From the IMG/VR virus record IMGVR_UViG_3300032236_000195, positions 647 to 64,646 of that record: DNA of 64,000 nucleotides, one strand, 5' to 3'. Source of the DNA: a virus (lineage: Duplodnaviria > Caudoviricetes). The position numbers and the translations under genes were made by a program. Under the pieces are notes generated by a model that saw nothing but the letters and a program-made list of their open reading frames with translations, was not told where the DNA came from and ran no database searches. Below are positions 38,526 through 48,152 of the stretch, in pieces (position 1 is the stretch's first letter; each line of letters begins with the position of its first letter).

Positions 38526-39903
38526 TTCCTAACTCCTGTTTGTACAGATCCACAAGCTTCTCGTGGGATGTTACTTTGCCTTCCAGCATCTCGTAGACAC
38601 GCCGCTCAGCCTCTGAACCTTGCAGGTGAACCACGGTCATACTGTTCTGTTGACCAACACGGTCGATGCGAGCAATACATTGTAGGTATGTCTCTACCGA
38701 AGTGACGGGCGACCAGAACACCACGGTGTCAGCGGCAGTAAGCGTGATTCCGTGCGAAGCGGCTTGTGGTTGAATGACTAACACCCTTGGATCGGGCGTT
38801 GATTGAAAACGGTTGATGATGTCTGCTCTCTCCCTTGGTGATACACTTCCGTTAATTACATCACTATTGACTCCTTGGCTGGTTAAGAAACGTGAAACTA
38901 GGTCGATGGTGTGAGTGAACGGGACAAACACCAGCACCTTGTTGTCTGTCTCGTCTAGCACCTCCATCAACGCGTTGAGTCTTGGGCTGATGTCGAACTC
39001 GATGACATCGCCCTCGTCGGTGTAGACCGCACCGCCTGAGATCTGCAACAGCTTGCTCATTTTTGCCGCCGCATTGACTGCGGTGATCTGCTCACCTGCT
39101 GCTTCGACAAGCATCTGCTCTTTGAGAACCTTGTAGTATTTAGCTACTTGGGGTGTTAGTGCAACGTGCCTCGTCTGGTACATCACAGAAGGTAAGTCCA
39201 GACAGTCTGACTTTTTGAATCGGATGGCGGGTTGGAGTGCTGTGTAGACGTTTTTCTGGGCATCTATTTTTGGAACCCATCTGAATTGCGTGACCTGCGT
39301 CATCACTTTATCGCGCCACGCAGTGAAGTATTGCGGTACATTTTGGGGAGAAACTAATTTTGCTAACCCATAAGCATCAAGTGGTGATTGAGAGGCTGGC
39401 GTCCCTGTTAACATCCATAGTCTGGTTGATGGCCTTAATACTTTTTTTAGGGTTTTCCAGCGCTTGGTAGAAGCCGTCTTATACGCGTTGGCTTCGTCGA
39501 TGACTATGAGGTCAAACCCTGAGTGGTAGATCTCTTCCCACACGATGTTTACACCATCGTAGTTGATCACTACAAACTCGTAGCTTCCTTGGATAATCTT
39601 CTTACGCTTCTCTGCTGAGCCGTAAGCAACCGCAACGCTTCTATGCATAGCCGTCTTGAATACGTCGGCTTGCCATGCGGTAATCATGATCGAGAGCGGG
39701 CAAATGATAAGAACGCGGTTAACCTCTTTCTTACTCATCAGGTAGTCTGCCGCCCAGATGACGGAAGATGTCTTACCTGTACCTGCCTCGTTGAAGCAGA
39801 AAGCCCGATTGGTTGTGGCTAAGAACTCAGCCGTGGTCTTCTGATGTTTGAACGGGGTATATAATCCCGGCCAATTATATTCATTTACCATACTAGATCT
39901 CAC
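38509..39903 (-). CDS. SNF2-family helicase
   Basis: NEAGTGKT, DEAN, LTGTP, HGITLTAA, Q...RIDRVGQ. Confidence 0.88.
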   Translation of the reverse strand: MRSSMVNEYNWPGLYTPFKHQKTTAEFLATTNRAFCFNEAGTGKTSSVIWAADYLMSKKEVNRVLIICPLSIMITAWQADVFKTAMHRSVAVAYGSAEKRKKIIQGSYEFVVINYDGVNIVWEEIYHSGFDLIVIDEANAYKTASTKRWKTLKKVLRPSTRLWMLTGTPASQSPLDAYGLAKLVSPQNVPQYFTAWRDKVMTQVTQFRWVPKIDAQKNVYTALQPAIRFKKSDCLDLPSVMYQTRHVALTPQVAKYYKVLKEQMLVEAAGEQITAVNAAAKMSKLLQISGGAVYTDEGDVIEFDISPRLNALMEVLDETDNKVLVFVPFTHTIDLVSRFLTSQGVNSDVINGSVSPRERADIINRFQSTPDPRVLVIQPQAASHGITLTAADTVVFWSPVTSVETYLQCIARIDRVGQQNSMTVVHLQGSEAERRVYEMLEGKVTSHEKLVDLYKQELGIGTQP

Positions 39904-40052
39904 TGAATGACTGTAGGTGACCCCTTACGGGGGTCAGTCGGTCAAGCCCGACATGCCGAGGAGGAGGACATCATGAAGACACCGCTTGACTGATGCGGTT
40001 AACTCGGGGAACCAAAACCCCCGGCGAAGCACACTCACACCTAACTGCTTCG
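39904..40052 (-). ncRNA. Candidate structured RNA / leader upstream of helicase
   Basis: Several nested stems, a GUAA-capped hairpin and a CCUCCUCCU loop (see findings). Confidence 0.4.
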
Positions 40053-40334
40053 CTACTTCCTTTCACGCTTGCTGGTCTCTGAGACCAATGCGCCTTTTGA
40101 GTTTCTCTTAAAGGAGCGATTCTTGGCTGCGCTTTCCAGACGGATTCCGTCAGCATTAGAACCGCCCTTGCTGAGTGCTTTAACGTGTGCGACATCTTTA
40201 CCTGATCTATCAACGCCTTCATGGTCTAGCTTGCGTCTTGCTCGCTGACGTTCCATCCGAGCGGGTAGTTCACCCCGCTCCTTCTGTTGCTGGTATTCCT
40301 TTTTGTAAGGACGCGGTTTGTTTACGTAGGGCAT
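40053..40334 (-). CDS. HNH-like small nuclease (degenerate)
   Basis: R..R.RARR....GKDV.H...LSKGG.N......NRS. Start reassigned to MPYVNK. Confidence 0.55.
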   Translation of the reverse strand: MPYVNKPRPYKKEYQQQKERGELPARMERQRARRKLDHEGVDRSGKDVAHVKALSKGGSNADGIRLESAAKNRSFKRNSKGALVSETSKRERK

Positions 40335-40500
40335 CTTGCTGGTCTCTTGCGTCGAGGATTGCAACGTGGATCATCCGTACCTCAACCAACGCTCCCTGCG
40401 CAGCCGAGATAGCGCCATCATAATCCTGTTCTAGCATCGCGTCATGTACATCTTGCAGGAACTTTTTGGCGGCAAGGTATGGTTCAGAATAATCAATCAT
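40270..40500 (-). CDS. Hypothetical protein
   Basis: 76 aa helical ORF, ATGA-coupled. Confidence 0.55.
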   Translation of the reverse strand: MIDYSEPYLAAKKFLQDVHDAMLEQDYDGAISAAQGALVEVRMIHVAILDARDQQDALRKQTASLQKGIPATEGAG

Positions 40501-40742
40501 GAATTTCTCGGTAGGTTTCTAAGGATGTAGAAGTGTTCGGGTTCTTGGGACTGACCAACAAGTGTATACGCCCACATGTATCGGTTCTTGTAGTGAACTT
40601 CTCGTCGTGTGACGCGGTTGCTGCCAGCTAGTCTCGTAAGGATTCCAGCAATTGCTTTCTTTGTTAATCCGCTTATCTCAATGTCTTGAACGGGACACTC
40701 GCCCCTGTTGTGTAGAAAATCAATTACTCGTTCTTGTGTCAT
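40497..40742 (-). CDS. Winged-HTH-like protein
   Basis: VIDFL....I....LT...I..IL.RL.....V.R pattern. Confidence 0.5.
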   Translation of the reverse strand: MTQERVIDFLHNRGECPVQDIEISGLTKKAIAGILTRLAGSNRVTRREVHYKNRYMWAYTLVGQSQEPEHFYILRNLPRNS

Positions 40743-40886
40743 TTAAAATAGTGCGTCTGGTACGTTAGACAAATCCAGCTTTGGTCTGCGCTGGCGTTTA
40801 ATTTTCTCAACCACATGCGGGTATGGCGGGGGATGCCACACCCACCGAATTACCTTGCCTTCGTCATCAAGGATTCCGTATCTCAT
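40743..40886 (-). CDS. Small hypothetical protein
   Basis: MRYGILDDEGKVIRW...VPDALF; start reassigned. Confidence 0.45.
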   Translation of the reverse strand: MRYGILDDEGKVIRWVWHPPPYPHVVEKIKRQRRPKLDLSNVPDALF

Positions 40887-41040
40887 TCTTCGCTGGTCCT
40901 TTAAACATAGCCGCCCAAAAATTGTCCAGTATCTTTGCCTTAACCTCTTCGCGCCTGTCCTCGGGTATGTCTTTGACAGACTCATTGAGCGCATCAAGCA
41001 CCGATTGAATCATCTGTTGCGGGGTAATAGGCGTGCTCAT
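40867..41040 (-). CDS. Small hypothetical protein (not in ORF track)
   Basis: 57 aa MSTPITPQQMIQSVLDALNES..., ATGA-coupled, SD GGAG. Confidence 0.5.
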   Translation of the reverse strand: MSTPITPQQMIQSVLDALNESVKDIPEDRREEVKAKILDNFWAAMFKGPAKNEIRNP

Positions 41041-41315
41041 GTGTTCTTCTCCTTTAGTTTGGCCTCAATTGCATTAGCGCAGTCTCGTTTTGTTACAAAC
41101 GATTCCCAATCCATACACGCAATATCCTCATTCGTCAGCCCGACCCACTGACGCTCTGGTTGCGCCAGCCTATTGAACAGAGCGTCTATGGTTTGTTGAT
41201 AAATGTCAGCGTGGCTTTTAGGTGTTAGATGCCTGTTATCTCTGACCCCATCTCTGGGATATACGTTATTGCACAGAACACTCAGCGCCTGTTGCATAAG
41301 TTCGTGGTCGGTCAT
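41037..41315 (-). CDS. Hypothetical protein
   Basis: LMQQAL...WVGLT.E.I...AIEAKLKEKN, a common small-phage-protein motif. Confidence 0.6.
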   Translation of the reverse strand: MTDHELMQQALSVLCNNVYPRDGVRDNRHLTPKSHADIYQQTIDALFNRLAQPERQWVGLTNEDIACMDWESFVTKRDCANAIEAKLKEKNT

Positions 41316-41530
41316 GCTTCCCCCAAACTGTTGCGGAGCATTGCGTCATCCCAGCCCTTCTTGTACGCATCAGCCAAATCCACTTCGCTATATGTCTTGG
41401 CGCACTCTTCCCGCTCATGCGCGGCGACAAGGGCGGCAAAGCGTTCAAGGAATTCACGGTCTTCTTTAAGTGTGTGGTCCCAATCGTCACCAGCCTCCTG
41501 CGCCATCCTCATAACATCTTCTTTAGTCAC
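41312..41530 (-). CDS. Hypothetical protein
   Basis: RMAQEAG...LERFAALVAAHEREECAK motif. Confidence 0.6.
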   Translation of the reverse strand: MTKEDVMRMAQEAGDDWDHTLKEDREFLERFAALVAAHEREECAKTYSEVDLADAYKKGWDDAMLRNSLGEA

Positions 41531-41691
41531 GCAAACTTCTCCTTAAACCCGCTCGGGCCTAACTTCTTATAGCAACTTTCACACTTCCAACGGAACGTGT
41601 TGCCCTTCGCCGTTGGTACTTTGTGTGTTGCTGGTTTTACTCTGCACTGCTGACAATTTGGGGGTAATGATTTCAATCCCTCGCTGGACAT
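41527..41691 (-). CDS. Small zinc-ribbon protein
   Basis: CQQC...RWKCESC. Confidence 0.5.
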   Translation of the reverse strand: MSSEGLKSLPPNCQQCRVKPATHKVPTAKGNTFRWKCESCYKKLGPSGFKEKFA

Positions 41692-41876
41692 TCTCTTCCT
41701 TGATTGCAATTGCCATTGCAAGGAGGGCAAGTTCTTGCCTTCGCTGCTTCCCACCCCGCCGTAAACGCGCCATGCATCCACCCTTCCATCGGGTGATACC
41801 CACCCATAGGTTGATTCTTCCCGTGTTCAGTTTTCCACCATAGCTTCCAAGCGTCAGCCCTTTCTTTATCAATCAT
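41673..41876 (-). CDS. Small Cys-rich protein
   Basis: SD GGAGG; CPPCNGNCNQGRECPAR C-terminus. Confidence 0.5.
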   Translation of the reverse strand: MIDKERADAWKLWWKTEHGKNQPMGGYHPMEGWMHGAFTAGWEAAKARTCPPCNGNCNQGRECPARD

Positions 41877-41878
41877 GC

Positions 41879-42535
41879 TCACCTCCTGTCCTTGTAGTGT
41901 TCGCAAGTAGTGACCGGACACCATCCACACAATGGCGTCTTGTTTGGGTTCCAAATGTCTGCTTCGTATGAGATACGCAAGCGGGTTAGATCGCCAGTAA
42001 AGTAACCCCACAACTCATCGATGTCCTCGCGCTTGTATTCTTCTTCCAAGAAACTTTCTTTGACGATGAAGAGCAACGCCGCGTTGATATGCTGAACTTC
42101 TGGGAAGTGCGCGAACGTCATCAGCGCCATCAGCTTTAATTGTTTTGAATCAGCGTATTTGTTGCTGCCCGTTTTGTAGTCAACGATGTGCGCTTTGTCA
42201 CCGTTGATGATGAGCAGGTCAACGATACCTCTCACCCAATAATCTTTTGAGTAATCGGTAGCTTCACCGTTGCGGTTCAAAGCCATCTTGTGCTCGGGAT
42301 ACTTTTCTCCCTCCATTTCAACCAGCACATCAAGCACAGGCTGAAACTGCCGGTAGTTTTTGGCTAGTTCAGACCCGTCCTTGACGTAGTTTTCTACCGC
42401 CTTATGTACCTCGTTTCCGTAGGTCATCTCGGGCGTGGGTCGCTTGTGAAACCGCCTTAATACTTTTATCTCATGGTATTGCCTAGGGCAATTTACATAA
42501 TCCTTGAGAGAGGAGAACGACCACGTGTAGTTCAT
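41879..42535 (-). CDS. PD-(D/E)XK (Cas4/RecB-like) exonuclease
   Basis: WSFSSL..Y.NCP, GNEVH, RGIVD, VDYKTG, QL.L.A, LCGWCPV..C. Confidence 0.85.
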   Translation of the reverse strand: MNYTWSFSSLKDYVNCPRQYHEIKVLRRFHKRPTPEMTYGNEVHKAVENYVKDGSELAKNYRQFQPVLDVLVEMEGEKYPEHKMALNRNGEATDYSKDYWVRGIVDLLIINGDKAHIVDYKTGSNKYADSKQLKLMALMTFAHFPEVQHINAALLFIVKESFLEEEYKREDIDELWGYFTGDLTRLRISYEADIWNPNKTPLCGWCPVTTCEHYKDRR

Positions 42536-42568
42536 TTCGGTTCCGTTTGTAAAGCGCAAGTAGACATA

Positions 42569-44458
42569 TTAACACTCCCCGTAGCTGTTTGCAACCTTTG
42601 CTTCGCAGGTAATCGGCAAATCTTTGCCCCAGTCCGGGGGAGTGGACATGCACTCCATGATATACGCGAGCGCCTCGTCCTTCTCGGCCTCTGGTACTAC
42701 GCACACCGCCGCGTCATGCACAGTAAGCACGACACGATAGCGACGTTGAATAGCGAGCATCTGTTCGCCCACGACTATTCTTGCCAACGCTTGCACCACG
42801 TTCTCGACTATCGATCCACCCCACAGTGGGATCTCCCCTCGACGTGACTTGTAGACATAGTGCGTCTTGCCCTCGTCCGTTTTTTTATTTAATTCTGGGT
42901 AACGAATGTACAACCCGTTGGGTAACCTGATGCCAGTTCTATCGACCTTGACCACGCCATGCTCGCCATAGTCGAACGGCGAACTCTCATCTGACCACGT
43001 GTACAGACCTTCAAGCATCTTGTCGCCCTCGCGCCATAGGTCAACGATTTTCTTGTTCTTGTCCCGATAGATCTTGACGATGCGTTTGGATTCCTCGTCG
43101 TTGATCTTGACGCTGATGGGTTGTGCCGTGGCTAATGTGTGTTGCAGCTTTAGTGCGCCTGTACCATAGCCAAGACCTAGGATGCAGGTCTTACCAACAA
43201 ACCGCTCCTCGGGGTTGGCCTTGGTGATTGGCATGTTGTAGACCTCGCTTGCGAAGATCGAGTACACATCCTCGCCCTTGGCGAATTGTTTTACTACATC
43301 ATTCTGACCAGCCAGCCACGCAAGTATCCGCGCCTCAATCTGAGAAGAGTCACAGTTGACCACCACATGGTCATCGGGCGGACAGATAGCGTTCTTGAGC
43401 GTCTTCTTCTTTTTATCTCTTGACGGAAGGTTCTGGAAGTTTACCTTGTCCGTACCCGACCATCGGCCTGTATGCGCCCCGTAGTATTTCAGAGGGATGG
43501 GGATGCGACCTCGGTTACGTTTGCCAACGTCAATGAATCTCTCAATCCTTGTCTCTTCAAGGGTAGACTTGGTTTCGAGCCTGACCGAGCACAACATCTG
43601 AACGTCCTCGCTCTCGTGCTCAAGTAGTGCAAGGAAACCCTCGTCCTTTTTAGCCAACGCATAGGTAGGCTTGCCCGTCGTTGGGCTTATCTTCATTGGC
43701 GGGTCGATGCCAAACATTGTCTTGAGGATTTCCGCGAACTGCTTGTTGCTATGCAACTTCTTCGGAACTTCCTTGTAATCGATTAACGTATCGTGTCCCC
43801 CAAGTGCAGCGTACACCTTGCCATACATGATGACTCTCTCATACGTGATCTCGGTCAATCTTTGCCCAAGCATCGCGTCATCCACGGTCAGCACAGGCTC
43901 CGTGAACATGCGGATCGTCATGTCAATCAGATCTAATTCTGATTGAGGAAAGTCTTTGGATAACTGACCCCACAGTTTGTAGGTCAGGTCTACGTCGTTC
44001 ACGCAGTACCGCCCGTATTGTTCAAGTTCTTCTTTGGTGAAGTTTAGCCTACGCTTGCCCTCGGCAGCGACAACCTCGTCACCCTTGACCCCGATCCCAT
44101 AGCGCAACGCTAGTGAGGCAAGCGAACCCCCAACGTCCACTCCGTGGATCGCCCGCGCCATGCACAACGTATCGCGCAACGCCTTGGGTTTTATGCCGTA
44201 TACCCAACTGAGGATCGCGCCATCGAACAACATGTTGTGGCACAGGACTTCACTATCGTCCCACGGTAGGGTGGATAGATATTTAGCGATCTCGTCCTTG
44301 GTTCCCGTGACCCATCGGGCCTCCCCCCCGTCAAACTTGACACCGACGCCAATTACCTCAAAGCGTTTGTCGCGTATGTATTCCTCTGTTGTTTGGTGTT
44401 TGAACCCGAGTTTAATTTTCGAGTCGTAGAATGTCTCAAAGTCTAAAGTTATAAACAT
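42569..44458 (-). CDS. polA: DNA polymerase family A with 3'-5' exonuclease
   Basis: LDFET, HN..FD, Y..ND, HTGRWS, NFQNLP, DSSQIEAR, KTCILGLGYG, VHD. Confidence 0.92.
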   Translation of the reverse strand: MFITLDFETFYDSKIKLGFKHQTTEEYIRDKRFEVIGVGVKFDGGEARWVTGTKDEIAKYLSTLPWDDSEVLCHNMLFDGAILSWVYGIKPKALRDTLCMARAIHGVDVGGSLASLALRYGIGVKGDEVVAAEGKRRLNFTKEELEQYGRYCVNDVDLTYKLWGQLSKDFPQSELDLIDMTIRMFTEPVLTVDDAMLGQRLTEITYERVIMYGKVYAALGGHDTLIDYKEVPKKLHSNKQFAEILKTMFGIDPPMKISPTTGKPTYALAKKDEGFLALLEHESEDVQMLCSVRLETKSTLEETRIERFIDVGKRNRGRIPIPLKYYGAHTGRWSGTDKVNFQNLPSRDKKKKTLKNAICPPDDHVVVNCDSSQIEARILAWLAGQNDVVKQFAKGEDVYSIFASEVYNMPITKANPEERFVGKTCILGLGYGTGALKLQHTLATAQPISVKINDEESKRIVKIYRDKNKKIVDLWREGDKMLEGLYTWSDESSPFDYGEHGVVKVDRTGIRLPNGLYIRYPELNKKTDEGKTHYVYKSRRGEIPLWGGSIVENVVQALARIVVGEQMLAIQRRYRVVLTVHDAAVCVVPEAEKDEALAYIMECMSTPPDWGKDLPITCEAKVANSYGEC

Positions 44459-44481
44459 TAGATAGCGGCTAGTACAGTCAC

Positions 44482-44514
44482 AAAAAAGGGGAGTACGGCA
44501 GAACCGCACCCCCC
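44482..44514 (-). terminator. Rho-independent terminator
   Basis: Minus strand GGGGGTGCGG-TTCTG-CCGTACTCCCC-TTTTTT. Confidence 0.6.
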
Positions 44515-44520
44515 GGTCGA

Positions 44521-45015
44521 TTAAACTAGTTCGCGTCCGTCTACGTGATTACTGATCGCTCGATCAAGATACCAACGGGCCTTCTCCAGATCTTGGAGTT
44601 TATTCCCTTTGTACTCCGCGCGAGTGACGTACTTCACTACGTTACCCAAGTTGTAATCTAGTCCCTTCGCCTCGATAAAGTCGATGGTCTCGATCCCGCC
44701 AACCTTGTAGTGCGGCGGGTGATTAACTTGTTCTTGCGGTAAATTCTCGCGCAAAAACGCCGGGATAAATGTAGATTGAATTTGAATAGGTGGCAGGTCA
44801 GGTGGAGGTGGAACGATAAACGTCGTTGGAGCCTTCTCGTTTGCCGCTTCCTCAATCGATGCTTTCGGAATGAGCGCACGCGCCTTGCTACGCAGGATAT
44901 ACGCGTAAGGCTTTTTGATTTTTAACTTCTTGGTGAAGTCTTCCACAGACATGAACGGTTCTGCACTAAGCAGTTTAACTGCGCGATCTAGTTTACTTAC
45001 TGTCTTGGTAGCCAC
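44521..45015 (-). CDS. DUF3310 (SaV-like) domain protein
   Basis: VNHPPHY..GGIETIDFI......GNVVKY..RA..K....DL.KA.WYL. Confidence 0.8.
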   Translation of the reverse strand: MATKTVSKLDRAVKLLSAEPFMSVEDFTKKLKIKKPYAYILRSKARALIPKASIEEAANEKAPTTFIVPPPPDLPPIQIQSTFIPAFLRENLPQEQVNHPPHYKVGGIETIDFIEAKGLDYNLGNVVKYVTRAEYKGNKLQDLEKARWYLDRAISNHVDGRELV

Positions 45016-45016
45016 T

Positions 45017-45211
45017 TTATTCCCCTTCTGGAATGGGCGATTTAACGGACACAATACCTTTGCCGGTACGTGCTTCTAACATGGAATCTGCTAACTCAAA
45101 CGCAATGAGGGCAACATGATCTCGTCGAGAGACGTTTTTTGACGCTACTAAACCTAACATAGCCAACCCCGCATATAGATCTCGCAGAGACTCCAATTCT
45201 TTGTCATCCAT
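45017..45211 (-). CDS. Hypothetical protein
   Basis: LRD.YAGLAM.GL...A...AD.ML.AR motif. Confidence 0.6.
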   Translation of the reverse strand: MDDKELESLRDLYAGLAMLGLVASKNVSRRDHVALIAFELADSMLEARTGKGIVSVKSPIPEGE

Positions 45212-45512
45212 TACTTAACTCCTTCAACTCTCTAATTAGGTCTTTAAGGTAGAAGAGACTTTTGATCTCGTCGTTTACTACGATGGCACATCCACCGCTA
45301 TCAACTATCTGCTTGAGGTTTTTAGTCTGCAAAGCAGTGGGTTTGTTTCCGTTTGCTTTTGCTTCTATCCCTAAAAAATAACCATGAACACAACACAAGA
45401 AGTCCGGTACACCTGAGTTACCGTACCCTGTACCTATTGGCATCGCGTAGTAGATTTTCTCTTCTTGGAGAATTTCTTTTATCTTGGCTTTAACTTTCGC
45501 TTCGGGTGTCAC
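45204..45512 (-). CDS. VRR-NUC nuclease / Holliday junction resolvase
   Basis: TPE.KVK...G.PD...IEAKA....PT.LQ...GG. Confidence 0.82.
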   Translation of the reverse strand: MTPEAKVKAKIKEILQEEKIYYAMPIGTGYGNSGVPDFLCCVHGYFLGIEAKANGNKPTALQTKNLKQIVDSGGCAIVVNDEIKSLFYLKDLIRELKELSNG

Positions 45513-45846
45513 CTTTCATTTCCTCTAAGTCTGACCTTGGTATAACAATACAAAAATAAGAATCCGACGCTTGCCAGCCAATGTCGTGTAAGTCTAATGG
45601 GCCATGATTCACATACAGTTCAGCCTTCAGAAGTTCTATATCTCTAACGATGAATTGATAGCTGGCAAGAATCATAGCCATCCGCATCTTGATTGAATCG
45701 GGTAGTGTTTCGTCCGTGTAAGTTCGTGTGAAATTGTCACCCACATGCACCGTGTAAATTCCGTCCTCACGGTGCAGTGGAACCCTAATTAAAGTCCAGT
45801 TGGTTGAATGCACAACTGGACTAAGACCGTTAAATCTTACTGCCAT
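45490..45846 (-). CDS. Hypothetical protein
   Basis: Open frame in operon; start uncertain. Confidence 0.5.
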   Translation of the reverse strand: MAVRFNGLSPVVHSTNWTLIRVPLHREDGIYTVHVGDNFTRTYTDETLPDSIKMRMAMILASYQFIVRDIELLKAELYVNHGPLDLHDIGWQASDSYFCIVIPRSDLEEMKGDTRSES

Positions 45847-45869
45847 GTAGACTTTGATAGTGAAGTCAT

Positions 45870-46823
45870 TCAAAGACCAACCGGAACCATCATCCATTGT
45901 TCGTGATACTCCGTGACGCTTGTTGGATAGTAAAGAGCGACATCTAAGTTAGAGTCGTACATGTCAGCCCTAGGCATAAACGGCGTGATCATCTGGTTAC
46001 TTTTCCCCTCGTAAGCAACTTTTGCCATAGTTAAGATAGGAACCAAGTCCGTGAATTCTCTATAGAGAGTTTCTTGGGTGACGCGACGGAACGATTGCAC
46101 GATCTCGATCTGATACGGATCGCTACCGTTCTTAACTCGCTTGGCCTTACCCACCATGCAGTGTCCACGCTTATCTGCCGCGATAAGATAGAACGGGTTC
46201 TCAAACATCCTCGTGATCTCTTTGTTCCTCTCAACCAGATTAGAATCGATCTCGTTGTATTTGTCAAGCGCAGTTTGACATTTAGTTCGGTCTACAAACA
46301 ACGGCGCTCCGAGAAGAACAGCCTTTAACAGTTGATGGATCTCGTCACCGTCAAACGGATCTGTAGATTTCCAGATCTTACCGAAGTGACCTTCTGCTTG
46401 ACTCTTCAACCCGTCCACCGCTCGCCTGAGTTTGAAGACCGTTAGATCGGGTTTGATCGCATTACTCTTTTTCAGCGCACCCATCAGTGAAGATAGTTTG
46501 TGGCTAGTCCACGTGCAACGATGCTCATCAGATTTGCCACGTTCTTTACTCGCATGAGGTGTGTAGTACGCATAGTGCGTTTTACCTTCCTCTTCCCACG
46601 CATACACGTGACCCTGCGCGAATCCATTCTTATCGACTAGATGGAAACTGTTGCATTGATCTTCTGCGCCAACACGATGGTAGGCGCGTTTGTGATCCAA
46701 CACCATCAAACCATAGTGATGATTTAACTCACGGATGAGTGGTAACACCATCGTGTCGTTGGTGAGTGCGGTGATGAGCGAGTCTGTAGCGAACTCGCCA
46801 TAAATTAATTTATTAATAGACAT
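45870..46823 (-). CDS. Hypothetical protein
   Basis: 317 aa, SD AGGAAGG upstream. Confidence 0.65.
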   Translation of the reverse strand: MSINKLIYGEFATDSLITALTNDTMVLPLIRELNHHYGLMVLDHKRAYHRVGAEDQCNSFHLVDKNGFAQGHVYAWEEEGKTHYAYYTPHASKERGKSDEHRCTWTSHKLSSLMGALKKSNAIKPDLTVFKLRRAVDGLKSQAEGHFGKIWKSTDPFDGDEIHQLLKAVLLGAPLFVDRTKCQTALDKYNEIDSNLVERNKEITRMFENPFYLIAADKRGHCMVGKAKRVKNGSDPYQIEIVQSFRRVTQETLYREFTDLVPILTMAKVAYEGKSNQMITPFMPRADMYDSNLDVALYYPTSVTEYHEQWMMVPVGL

Positions 46824-46844
46824 GTTGATTTCCTTCCTACCTTG

Positions 46845-48152
46845 TTAATCGTTGTTGATCATTACTTTCTTGCCCACCGGGGGGTGGAACGATGTATTCT
46901 CCGTCACCATCCAAAGAGTTGGCGGGATCACATCCCACACAAACGAAGACTCTACGTAGCCATCTGTGAAAACAATCACACAGTCTGCGTTGATTCTTTC
47001 TTTGCCGATGTAGTCACTAACACACCCTACTCGAGTACCGCCGCCACCCACAGGCTTGAGCATCTTCGCCAATCCCATGTAGTTGCCCTCAAAGATCTGC
47101 TCGCCATGCACGTGCGTGTCCCACCACAGAACGCGAACCCGCTCCGGTTCACACAAGTCACAAATAGATGCCAGTTCTGTTGCGAACCCCGTAAGAATGT
47201 CACCGCTGATAGATCCCGACGTATCGATGGCGACCACAACCTCACCCACGGTCTCGTTCTCGATGCTCGGCAAATAAAGATCATTGACCAACTGACGCTT
47301 GTTCAGCCGACGCCACGTGAATTCGTCCTTGCCACGGATCGATGATGAAACGATGTCGCGCAGTGCGTCCTTCCAATCTACCTTTGGTGTAAGAAGATCA
47401 CTGATAGCGCGTGGGATATTGCCACCCATCCGCCCAGCTAACATTCCACCCTCACGTAGAGCCTTATCGATGGCGTCACCCATCTTCTTCACATCTTCGG
47501 GAGACATACCCTCGACCAACTTCTCAAAGTCATGCTCATCGAACCCACCGTCAGGGATCTCCTTCAACTCATTACCATTGATTTTTATTTTTCCTGACCC
47601 TTCGCCCTGACCATCTTCCGGCTCATCCCCTGAGCCACCGCCCGGAGCGGGATTCCCCTCGTCGCATGGCTTATCTCCCTTTCCACGTGGGGGTGGAGTG
47701 GGATTCTGCTTCTTCAAGTAATCCCATACCTGACGCATAGACCAGTCGTGGAACATCGAGTCATACAACGCACCGTCGGGCAACTCCACGATACGTTCCG
47801 ACGTCGTACCGATTGTTCCAGTGATGTTATAGATGATGTCATTCACAACTAGATCTGCTGCCACGTTCGCCAACTTCGCGTTCTCCTTGAAGAACTCGAT
47901 GTGACGTGGCAACTGCTTGAGTGCTACGTGCAGGTTCTCGTGCAGGATCAAGCCCCGACGCTTTGCAGGGTTGGTGATCTTCTCTAAGAATTGGCGGCAA
48001 TACTTTTTATTGACACCATCGGTGTACGCGGTGAAGTTACCATCCTCGACCGCGCTCTCTCCCATCAGCATGACACCTGCGTACAGTGCAGTCTGTGGGT
48101 GCTTCATCAGCGCGATGTGCGCTTGCTTCAACAAAGTCTCTTGACTAGACAT
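46845..48152 (-). CDS. Metallopeptidase + VWA protein (DUF2201-like)
   Basis: TAYTDG, HENLH (HExxH), N.A.D..VN, MIDAS DTSGS, GGGGT, FTDG. Confidence 0.85.
   Translation of the reverse strand: MSSQETLLKQAHIALMKHPQTALYAGVMLMGESAVEDGNFTAYTDGVNKKYCRQFLEKITNPAKRRGLILHENLHVALKQLPRHIEFFKENAKLANVAADLVVNDIIYNITGTIGTTSERIVELPDGALYDSMFHDWSMRQVWDYLKKQNPTPPPRGKGDKPCDEGNPAPGGGSGDEPEDGQGEGSGKIKINGNELKEIPDGGFDEHDFEKLVEGMSPEDVKKMGDAIDKALREGGMLAGRMGGNIPRAISDLLTPKVDWKDALRDIVSSSIRGKDEFTWRRLNKRQLVNDLYLPSIENETVGEVVVAIDTSGSISGDILTGFATELASICDLCEPERVRVLWWDTHVHGEQIFEGNYMGLAKMLKPVGGGGTRVGCVSDYIGKERINADCVIVFTDGYVESSFVWDVIPPTLWMVTENTSFHPPVGKKVMINND

Noticed and set aside
41879-42535. Cas4 as evidence of a CRISPR system
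   Set aside because: It is a stand-alone PD-(D/E)XK exonuclease next to polA, normal for phage replication modules.
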